From assembly GCA_963749495.1 (NCBI GenBank), contig CAVVMW010000022.1:288001-352000 (forward strand): DNA of 64,000 nt. Reading direction: 5' to 3'. The position numbers and the translations under genes are program-made. This DNA comes from an uncultured bacterium (GTDB lineage Bacteria; Verrucomicrobiota; Verrucomicrobiia; Limisphaerales; UBA8199). Shown piece after piece: positions 56,473 to 64,000 of this stretch (positions are counted from its first letter, which is position 1; each line of letters starts with the position of its first letter). Under the pieces are notes generated by a model. It saw only the letters and a list, made by a program, of their open reading frames with translations. It searched no databases and had not been told where the DNA came from.

Positions 56473-57294
56473 TTAGCGGCGACTGACCACTGTCCCGCGC
56501 AAAAACTCTTGGTAAAACGTTGCAGCCGAGAGCGCAAAGCCTATCAGGGTGATGATCTGGCGCACGCGCCGCTGGGGAATTCGCTGGGCATAATGGGACC
56601 CCAGGAAATAGCCGAGCACCGCCCCGGCGGTCATGACGGCGGCCCTGGGCCAGTTGATGAGCCCGGCCACGATGAACCAGATGGCCGCGACCAGGTTGAT
56701 CAATGAGCCGAGGATCGTCTTGAGCGCGTTCATCTGGTGAATGTGGCGCAGCCCGAGGAACCCGAGGGCGGCCAGCATCAGGATGCCGATACCGGCCCCG
56801 AAGTAGCCCCCATACAACGCCACCGCGAATTGGAACATCATGGCTGCCCAAAGCGCCCGCCGGCCTCCGGCCCTCGGGACGGCCCGGCCGGACTCGCGCT
56901 CGTCCGGTTCAGTGCCCGCCCATCGCGCAAAGGCGTGCTGGGCCAGGAACAAGAGCGTCGCAAACAGGATGAGAACCGGGACGAGCTTCGAGAAGGTCCG
57001 GTTGCCGGTGCAGGTCAGGAGGATGGCGCCGGCCAGCCCGCCCAGGATGCTCGGCGGCACAAACCGCCACAGCCACTGCTTGACCCCCTGGAGGTGCTGC
57101 CGGTAGCCGTAAATCCCGCCCGAGGTGCCGAGGATCAACGCCAGGGTGCTGGTTGCGTTGGCGACGATGGGCTTGACTCCGAAGATCAGCAGCGCCGGAA
57201 AGCTCACCAGCGTGCCCCCGCCCGCCACGGCATTGATGGCCCCGGCCGCCGCCGCCGCCAGCGCCAAACCCGTGATCTCCGTGAACGTGTGCAT
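56473..57294 (-). CDS. TauE/SafE-family (sulfite exporter-like) membrane protein
   Basis: AGAINAVAGGGTLVSFP, ANATST, YGGYFGAGIG, MNALK. Confidence 0.93.
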   Translation of the reverse strand: MHTFTEITGLALAAAAAGAINAVAGGGTLVSFPALLIFGVKPIVANATSTLALILGTSGGIYGYRQHLQGVKQWLWRFVPPSILGGLAGAILLTCTGNRTFSKLVPVLILFATLLFLAQHAFARWAGTEPDERESGRAVPRAGGRRALWAAMMFQFAVALYGGYFGAGIGILMLAALGFLGLRHIHQMNALKTILGSLINLVAAIWFIVAGLINWPRAAVMTAGAVLGYFLGSHYAQRIPQRRVRQIITLIGFALSAATFYQEFLRGTVVSRR

Positions 57295-57341
57295 TGTTGT
57301 CGTGAAAATGGAACTCCCGTGGCGAGTTGGCGTTCCTGGGG

Positions 57342-57442
57342 AAAAGCGCCAGAGGACTGGCGCACTCCAAAGCGCTAGCGCGCTCTCCGCGGCCCTGGAA
57401 ACCGCGCCAGCGTTTTGGACTGCGGCAGTCCACTGCCGCTTT
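57342..57442. repeat. Palindromic REP-like element overlapping the argH 3' end
   Basis: AAAGCGCCAGAGGACTGGCGCACTCCAAA ... TTTTGGACTGCGGCAGTCCACTGCCGCTTT. Confidence 0.85.
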
Positions 57443-58967
57443 CACCCCGCCGACGCCTGAGCACGCCCGTGCGGGGCTGCAATGCGCTCCGCCACCGCTC
57501 CAATTGTCTGCTGACCTGGCGCGTGCCCGGAGCGCCCGTCAGGTTTCGCCGGGCCATGGCCTTGTCGAGGTTGAAGGTCTGGAGGGCGTCCGCAGCGAAG
57601 CGCTTCTCCACCGATTGGAGTTGCGCCAGCGCAAGCTGGTTGAGCGGTTTGCCGAGGCGCTCCGCCATTGCCACGAGCGTCCCCACGGCATGATGCGCCT
57701 GGCGAAAGGGCAGGCCCTTGCGGACCAGGTAATCGGCCAAATCGGTTGCCAGCAGGGCCGGGTCTGACGCGGCCGCCAGGCAGGCCCGGCGGTTGGCCGA
57801 TGCGTGGCCGAGCATGGCGGCGCACAGCCGCACCGTGGCGCGCACCGTGTTGACGGTGTCGAACAGCCGCTCCTTGTCCTCCTGCAGATCGCGGTTGTAG
57901 GTCAGGGGCAACCCCTTGAGCAGGGTGAGCAGGCTCACCAGGTTCCCGATCACCCGGGCGGCCTTGCCCCGCGCCAGTTCCGCCACGTCCGGGTTCTTCT
58001 TTTGCGGCATCAGCGACGAGCCGGTCGTGTAGGCCTCCGCGATGCGGATGAAATTGAACTCGCTGCTGGCCCACAGGACCAGGTCCTCGGCCAGGCGCGA
58101 CAGGTGTACCGCCAGGAGCGCGGCGTTGCCGCAAAACTCGACGGCAAAGTCCCGGTCGCTGACCGCGTCCATGGAGTTCTGCGCCACGCAGGGCCGCCCC
58201 CGGGCATCGACGAACCCGAGCAGCCGGGCGACCATCTGGCGGTCCAGCGGCAGCGTCGAGCCTGCCAGGGCCCCGCTGCCGAGCGGACAGACGTTCAGGC
58301 GCGCCAGCCCCTGGCCGAACCGCTCCCAGTCCCGCCCGAGCATCTCTACGTAGGCCAGCAAATGGTGCGCCAGATAGACCGGTTGGGCCCGCTGCAGGTG
58401 GGTGTAGCCCGGCACGAGCACCCCGCTCTCGCGCAGCCCCAGCTCGACCAGCGCCCGCTGCAACGCCCGGACCTCCTCCAGCAACCCCGCCGTCTCCTCC
58501 CGCAGCCAGAGCCGCAAGTCCAGCGCCACCTGGTCGTTGCGCGAGCGGCCCGTGTGGAGCTTGGCCCCAGCCGGCGCCCGCCGCGTCAACTCCGCCTCGA
58601 TGTTCATGTGTACGTCCTCCAGTTCCGGCCGCCACACGAACCGCCCAGCCTCGATTCCGAGGCCGATCTCCTCCAGCCCACGCCGAATCGCCCCCAACTC
58701 CGCCCGGCTCAGCAGCCCGGCCTTGCGCAGCATCGCCGCGTGCGCCATCGAGCCGCGGATGTCCTGCCGCCACAACCGCCAGTCGAACGAAACTGATTCC
58801 GTGAACCGCGCCACCTCCGCAGCGGGGCCGCCGGCAAAACGCCCGCTTCGCGAGACCGGCGCCGGACCCGGCGCCGCGGAAACGGAATCCACCGGCACCC
58901 CCAAGGGCAACGTTCTGGCCCGATTGGCGTCCTGGTTGCGGCTCCGCCGCGCTGAGTTGCTCTTCAT
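57375..58967 (-). CDS. argH: Argininosuccinate lyase (start uncertain, N- and C-terminal extensions)
   Basis: EDVHMNIE, KLHTGRSRNDQV, PGYTHLQRAQP, TGSSLMPQKKNPD, YNRDLQEDKE. Confidence 0.97.
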   Translation of the reverse strand: MKSNSARRSRNQDANRARTLPLGVPVDSVSAAPGPAPVSRSGRFAGGPAAEVARFTESVSFDWRLWRQDIRGSMAHAAMLRKAGLLSRAELGAIRRGLEEIGLGIEAGRFVWRPELEDVHMNIEAELTRRAPAGAKLHTGRSRNDQVALDLRLWLREETAGLLEEVRALQRALVELGLRESGVLVPGYTHLQRAQPVYLAHHLLAYVEMLGRDWERFGQGLARLNVCPLGSGALAGSTLPLDRQMVARLLGFVDARGRPCVAQNSMDAVSDRDFAVEFCGNAALLAVHLSRLAEDLVLWASSEFNFIRIAEAYTTGSSLMPQKKNPDVAELARGKAARVIGNLVSLLTLLKGLPLTYNRDLQEDKERLFDTVNTVRATVRLCAAMLGHASANRRACLAAASDPALLATDLADYLVRKGLPFRQAHHAVGTLVAMAERLGKPLNQLALAQLQSVEKRFAADALQTFNLDKAMARRNLTGAPGTRQVSRQLERWRSALQPRTGVLRRRRGESGSGLPQSKTLARFPGPRRAR

Positions 58968-59185
58968 ACATCGTCGAGGATCCCATCCAGAGGTTTGAGC
59001 CCGCCTTGCTCGATTTCTTTCTCAGCTTTTGCCCACAGGCGGTCGAGCCGCCCGGTCTCTGCATCCACCTCAATTTGCCGGTCCCACTTGCGATTGCGCT
59101 CCTCGTCAAACCACCGCGACAGCTCCGCAAACTCCCTGCGCGAGAGGTGGGCGATGGCTTGCTCGATTTCCACGACAGAACTCAT
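58964..59185 (-). CDS. Small acidic protein resembling the antitoxin partner of ParE-like toxins
   Basis: VEIEQAIAHLS...WF...WDRQIEVDAETGRLDRL...A pattern; ATGA overlap with argH. Confidence 0.6.
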   Translation of the reverse strand: MSSVVEIEQAIAHLSRREFAELSRWFDEERNRKWDRQIEVDAETGRLDRLWAKAEKEIEQGGLKPLDGILDDV

Positions 59186-59407
59186 GTTTCCTTCTTAACC
59201 CAGGCTCCAAGGGTTCTGCAAGCGGTTTCGATGGCAGCATCTGCCGGAGAATAGAAGGCATGTCACAATTTGGGACACGGCAGGCTGCGAGGACGCCACG
59301 GGGTCCCCGGAGCGTGTGTTCAAACACAGAGACGCGAAGAACGCAGAGATCGGCCTCGTTTGTTCCCGCTGCACTGCCTTAGGCATCCTTCTTGCTCTGT
59401 CCAACGC

Positions 59408-60224
59408 GTGTATCTGGATTACTATGGGCTGACGGAGCCGCCGTTCGACATCTCGCCGAACCCGCGGTTCCTGTTCTATAGCGCCAAGCACCGCGAGGCC
59501 TTCAATCACCTGCTCTACGGCATTCGCGAACGCAAAGGTTTCGTCCAACTCACCGGCGAGGTCGGGGCCGGCAAGACCACGCTCTGCCGGGCGCTGCTCG
59601 AGCAGTTGGACGGCCGCTTCGCCACGGCCCTGATCTTGAACCCGGTCATGAGCGCGCTCGAGCCTGCTCAAGGCCATTGCCACTGAATTTGGTTTGCAGG
59701 TGGGCGGGCTGGATCGGCTCGACATCCTGGCCATCCTCAACGAGTTCCTCCTCCAGCAGGCCGAGGGCAGCCGGGACGCGGTGCTCTTGATTGATGAGGC
59801 CCAGGACCTGACGGATGAGTTGCTCGAGCAGGTGCGGCTGCTCTCCAATCTGGAGACCGACAGCCGCAAGCTGCTGCAGATCGCGCTGCTGGGCCAACCC
59901 GAGTTGCGCGACCGCCTCAACAATCCCCGCCTCCGCCAACTGCGCCAGCGCATCACCGTCCGCTACCACCTCCTGCCCCTGGGCCAGGGCGAGGTCAACC
60001 GCTACATCCAGCACCGGCTCGAGATCTCCGGCGCCAACGGCACCCCTTACTTCACCCGCCCCGCCCTGTGGCGCATTTATCGTTACAGCCAGGGCGTCCC
60101 CCGTCTCGTCAACGCCGTCTGCGACAAGGCCCTGCTGGCCGGCTTTGTCCAGCAGCGCGAGCGCATTGATTTCACCATGATCGGCCGCGCTGTGCGTGAA
60201 CTGGAAGGACATTTTGCCGCATGA
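59408..60224 (+). CDS. ExeA/GspA-like AAA ATPase; +1 frameshift at ~59663
   Basis: YLDYYGLTEPPF...PNPRFLF, Walker A GEVGAGKT, Walker B LIDEAQ, LGQPEL, QLRQRI, GVPRLVN. Confidence 0.92.
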
Positions 60225-60844
60225 GCTTGATTAACGATGCTTTGAAACGGGCCAAACAGGTCCAACAACAGGCCCCGCCCCGACCCCGTGCCGGCCCGGA
60301 ACCTCGCCCTGTGGCGGGCACCCCGGCTCTGCCTGGAACACCGCGTTGGATACGGCTTGGCCTGCCGGCTGCGGCCGGGTTGCTCGCCTGCCTTCTGATA
60401 TGGAACGGGATTCGGACCCATGGCCCTGTGCCGGTTGCCGCCGCCGGCACCCGCCCCACCACGCCTGCGCTCTCCTCCCCGCCGCCCAAGCTCGACCCGC
60501 CCGCCCCGGCCCCGACGCCAGCCGAGCCAGCGGCCCCCGCCGGCGAGTCTGGCTTGGTCCCAAGCACTAATGCGCCCGCCGCCGGAATCGCCGATGCTCC
60601 TGCTCCGGGCCAGGCCACGAACTCGCCGGCCGCTTCCGTATCCGCACCTGAGCCGCCGCCCGCGGGGCCTGCGTCACTGAGACTCCAAGCCATCGTCTTT
60701 CACCCGACCCGGCCCTCGGCAATCATCAGCGGCAAGACCCTGTTTGTTGGCGACACTCTTGGCGAGATGCACTTGGTCGCCATCACCCGCGGCACCGCCA
60801 CCCTCGTCGGAGGCGGCCAGACTAACCTGCTCACCCTGCGGTAG
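60221..60844 (+). CDS. ExeB/GspB-like membrane protein
   Basis: MSLINDALKRA start, TM helix, Pro/Ala linker, LQAIVFHPTRPSAIISG; coupled to the ExeA-like gene. Confidence 0.75.
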   Translation: MSLINDALKRAKQVQQQAPPRPRAGPEPRPVAGTPALPGTPRWIRLGLPAAAGLLACLLIWNGIRTHGPVPVAAAGTRPTTPALSSPPPKLDPPAPAPTPAEPAAPAGESGLVPSTNAPAAGIADAPAPGQATNSPAASVSAPEPPPAGPASLRLQAIVFHPTRPSAIISGKTLFVGDTLGEMHLVAITRGTATLVGGGQTNLLTLR

Positions 60845-60907
60845 GGCCAGAAAACGGAAAACAGTCTGGCTTTCGTTCGTGCTCCCAGGCACCTTGCGGC
60901 TTGGTCT

Positions 60908-61930
60908 ATGAGCCGTGCGTTTGACTACGACAGTCCCTGGAAAGAGGCCTTGCGCCTCTACCTGCGCTCATTCATGCGCCTGTGCTTTCCCGCAGTCGAG
61001 CCCGCCCTGGACTGGTCACGCCCGCCGGAGTTTCTCGACAAAGAATTGCAGCAGATTGTGCGCGAGGCCGAGGCGGGCCGGCAGTTTGTGGACCTGCTGA
61101 TCAAGGTCTGGCTGCTCGACGGGACCGAGGAATGGATTCTGTTGCACATCGAAGTGCAGCACCGGCCAGAGGCGGCCTTCGAGCAGCGGGTTTATCGTTA
61201 CAACTACCGGGCCATGGATGTGTATGGCAAGCCGGTGGCCACGCTGGTCATCCTGGCGGACGCGGACCCGCGCTGGCGGCCGACGCACTACGAGATGGTG
61301 GTTCCCGGGACGCGGGTACGGTTTGACTTTTCGGTCTGCAAGCTGCTAGACTTGGTGGCAGATGAAACCGGGCTGCGGGCAAGCCGGGAGCCCTCGGCCG
61401 TGGTGGTGCTGGCCAATTGGGCGGCGCAGCAGGCGGGCAAGGACGCGCAGCGGGGCTTGGCGTTGAAATGGGACCTGACCCGGCGGCTGTATGAGATTGG
61501 ATTGGAGAAGGCGGACATCCTGGAGTTGTTCCGCTTGGTAGATTGGTTGCTGAGGCTGCCGGAGGACCTGGAAGTCCGATTCCGGCGGCAGGTGTATGAA
61601 TTCGAAGCGGAGCAGGTTATGCCATACGTAACGAGCGTAGAAAGGTCCGGGATTGAAAAGGGCATTGAGATCGGCATCGAAAAGGGCATCGAAAAGGGCA
61701 TCGAAAAGGGCATCGAAAAGGGCATCGAAAAGGGCATCGAAAAGGGCATCCAACAAGGCCAGGTGATGAACTGTCGGCAGAACATCCTGGACCTGCTGGA
61801 GGCGCGGTTTGGGGCGGTGCCTGGGGCGGTGCGGGAGCGGGTGAACGCCGAAACCGACCTGGAGCGGTTGCGCGGGCTGCACCGTCTGGCGGGCACCTGT
61901 GCGAAAGAGGAAGACTTTCCGCTCCGTTGA
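60908..61930 (+). CDS. Rpn/YhgA-like PD-(D/E)XK nuclease (putative transposase family)
   Basis: DYDSPWKE, FLDKEL, VDLLIKV, LHIEVQ, RVYRYNYR, MPYVTSVER...GIEKG repeats. Confidence 0.9.
   Translation: MSRAFDYDSPWKEALRLYLRSFMRLCFPAVEPALDWSRPPEFLDKELQQIVREAEAGRQFVDLLIKVWLLDGTEEWILLHIEVQHRPEAAFEQRVYRYNYRAMDVYGKPVATLVILADADPRWRPTHYEMVVPGTRVRFDFSVCKLLDLVADETGLRASREPSAVVVLANWAAQQAGKDAQRGLALKWDLTRRLYEIGLEKADILELFRLVDWLLRLPEDLEVRFRRQVYEFEAEQVMPYVTSVERSGIEKGIEIGIEKGIEKGIEKGIEKGIEKGIEKGIQQGQVMNCRQNILDLLEARFGAVPGAVRERVNAETDLERLRGLHRLAGTCAKEEDFPLR
61649..61759 (+). repeat. Coding 12-bp tandem repeat (GGCATCGAAAAG)n encoding about 8 GIEK units
   Basis: Directly visible. Confidence 0.95.
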
Positions 61931-62079
61931 TCGGCTTGCCTTTCCTCTTCGGGAAACGCGTCAGGCCCGGCGCGGGTGACCCATGACGCGACCGGCGGCA
62001 GGCCCTTGCCTGATTGAACCACTGATAGCTGGCCCTAAAAACCATTTGCCCGCCCCCGATTGTTTCGCAACATTAGGCC

Positions 62080-64000
62080 GTGCAAGCGCGATTCTTGCTG
62101 GGGCCGGCGGGGAGCGGGAAGACGTTTCGATGTCTGACCGAAGTGCGGCATGCGCTTGGGGCGTCGCCGGACGGGGCGCCTCTTCTGCTGGTTGCGCCCA
62201 AGCAGACCACCTACCAACTGGAGCGGCAGTTCCTGGCTCACCCGAGTCTCCCGGGCTATACGCGCCTGCACATCCTGTCGTTCGAGCGCCTGGCTTACTT
62301 CATCTTCGAGCGACTTGGCCTGCCTGCGCCGGAGATGCTCGAGGAGGAAGGCCGCCTGATGGTGCTGCGGGGTTTGCTGGCGCGCAAGCGCCACGAACTG
62401 AAGCTCTTTCGCGCCAGCGCCCGGCTGACCGGCTTTGCCCAGCAGCTCAGCATGGTCCTGCGCGAGTTGCAACGGCACCAACTCACCCCGGAGTCTCTGC
62501 AGGAGTTGGCCGGCGAGGTCCAGGATGTCGAGGGCCTCACCTACAAGCTGCAGGACTTGGCCACGCTGCTGAGGGACTACCTGGACTGGCTCAAGGCGCA
62601 CCGTTTGAAGGACGCCGATTGCCTCCTGGGCGCAGCCGTCGAGGCGCTCGGCGGGGCAGGGGAAGAGACCCCTGAACCGCAGTCCAATAGTATCCAGACG
62701 CGAGTGTCGAGTGTCGAGTGTCGGGGAAACGCAGCAAGACCGCCCCTCGACAATCAACCTTCGTCCCTCGCCCCTCTTCACGGCAGCCCCCCCAAGCCGG
62801 GCCTTGTGCTGTCCATTGACCAGCTCTGGGCGGACGGTTTTGTGGAGTGGTCGCCACAGGAGTTGGACCTGCTGGCGGCACTGATGCCCCGCTGCCGACA
62901 GGCGACGCTTACCTTCTGCCTGGATGGCCTGGCGGCGGGGAAGATCTCCTGGCTCTCGAATTGGTCGGTGGTGCGCAAGTCCTTCGAGGAGTGCCGGAAA
63001 CGGTTTGGCAACCTGCCCGATGTCACGCTCTCGGTCGAGATGCTCCCGCGGCACCCCGAGCGCGGCCGCTTCCTGAACAACCCGGTCTTGCAGCACCTGG
63101 AAAAGTCCTGGTCCCAGCCGCAGCCTTACTCGCCGCCGCCGCAGCAACCCGGTGCGCCGCCCTCACCCGGTTGCGATTCAGGCCCCGCGCCGGACCAGAC
63201 CTTGATCCGGAGCCTGCGGCTGGCGCTGTGCCCGAACCCGGAGGCGGAGGCGGCCCTGGCAGCGCGTGAAATCCTCAGGCACGTCCGCCAGGGCGGCCGC
63301 TACCGCGAGGTGACCGTGCTGGTGCGCCGGCTGGAGGGTTACCACCAGCCGCTGCAGCGCACCTTTTCCCGCTACCAAATCCCGTTCTTCCTGGATCGGC
63401 GCGAGTCGGTCTCCCACCACCCCTTGGCCGAGTTGACCCGCAGCGCCTTGCGCACAGTGGCCTTCGGCTGGATGCGCGACGACTGGTTTGCCGCGCTCAA
63501 GACGGGGCTGGTGCCCGCCTCCGAGGTCGAGGTGGACCGCCTTGAAAACGAGGCCCTGGCCCGCGGCTGGCAGGGCGCAATCTGGCAGAAGCCGATCCTG
63601 CTGGGGAGCGACCCCGAATTGACCGCCTGGCTGGCGGGCCTGCACCGGCGCCTGCTGCCGCCCTTCCAACGGCTGGCCCTGGCCCTGGCCAGGCGGCAAA
63701 GCAGGCCCGCGGGGCCGGATCTCGCCGCCGCCCTGCGCGACTTCTGGGCCGCCCTTAAAGTCCACGAGCGACTCGATCGATGGGCGGCGGCGGAAATCTC
63801 CAGCGCCCAGTTCCGCATCCCCAGTTCCGTCCACGCCACCGTTTGGGAGCAGATGAACGCCTGGCTGGCCAACGTGGAATTGGCCTTTCCCGCCGAACCG
63901 CTGCCCTTGCGCGAGTGGCTGCCCATCCTGGACGCCGGCCTGGCCAACCTCACCGTCGGTGTCATCCCTCCGGCCCTGGACCAGGTGCTCGTCGGCGCCA
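62080..64000 (+). CDS. addB: AddB/RexB-like helicase-nuclease subunit; runs off the right edge of the window
   Basis: Manual translation from GTG 62080 (absent from ORF track): RFLLGPAGSGKT, VAPKQTTYQLE, LSFERLA, DGFVEWSPQE, YQIPFFLD, LKTGL, DRLENEALARG, VGVIPPALDQVLVG. Confidence 0.9.
   Translation, partial: MQARFLLGPAGSGKTFRCLTEVRHALGASPDGAPLLLVAPKQTTYQLERQFLAHPSLPGYTRLHILSFERLAYFIFERLGLPAPEMLEEEGRLMVLRGLLARKRHELKLFRASARLTGFAQQLSMVLRELQRHQLTPESLQELAGEVQDVEGLTYKLQDLATLLRDYLDWLKAHRLKDADCLLGAAVEALGGAGEETPEPQSNSIQTRVSSVECRGNAARPPLDNQPSSLAPLHGSPPKPGLVLSIDQLWADGFVEWSPQELDLLAALMPRCRQATLTFCLDGLAAGKISWLSNWSVVRKSFEECRKRFGNLPDVTLSVEMLPRHPERGRFLNNPVLQHLEKSWSQPQPYSPPPQQPGAPPSPGCDSGPAPDQTLIRSLRLALCPNPEAEAALAAREILRHVRQGGRYREVTVLVRRLEGYHQPLQRTFSRYQIPFFLDRRESVSHHPLAELTRSALRTVAFGWMRDDWFAALKTGLVPASEVEVDRLENEALARGWQGAIWQKPILLGSDPELTAWLAGLHRRLLPPFQRLALALARRQSRPAGPDLAAALRDFWAALKVHERLDRWAAAEISSAQFRIPSSVHATVWEQMNAWLANVELAFPAEPLPLREWLPILDAGLANLTVGVIPPALDQVLVGA

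Noticed and set aside
60908..61930. Rpn gene as an active insertion sequence
   Set aside because: No terminal inverted repeats or target duplication were seen; the family is not a demonstrated transposase.
1..64000. tRNA, rRNA, reverse transcriptase/DGR, integrase or prophage genes
   Set aside because: No recognisable motifs found by eye; small RNAs could still be missed without covariance-model searches.

Overview
High-GC bacterial chromosomal window, most likely Verrucomicrobiota (Pedosphaerales/Limisphaerales-like). This is inferred from gene content: a LamG/Ig/PA14 exoprotein, a prepilin-type H-X9-DG protein, a PQQ-repeat protein, ThuA, Tat-exported isomerases and ACIII with cbb3-like genes. 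It looks like a long-read assembly with about a dozen single-base indels. Housekeeping genes (ftsB-like, frr, glgA, serS, cca, argH, addB) are mixed with carbohydrate genes, an apparent island at ~22.55-28.0 kb and a complete alternative complex III operon (actA-G). Main observations: (1) the ACIII operon ends in a CcoN-like subunit lacking all six haem/CuB histidine ligands, a CcoO-like cytochrome with an inserted ribosomal L7/L12-CTD-like domain, and a monohaem cytochrome c. (2) Dense intergenic 7-, 9- and 12-mer arrays and REP/MITE-like palindromes follow orientation rules, supply stop codons, mark convergent gene ends and occasionally enter coding sequence in frame. (3) Two internal deletions (kinase-murQ and a 28-aa VOC remnant). 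(4) An Rpn nuclease with a probable internal antitoxin start. (5) Indels cluster at AGCT/GTAC, hinting at host DNA methylation. No rRNA, tRNA, CRISPR array, integrase or reverse transcriptase was recognised. All family assignments are from motif recognition by eye, not database searches.
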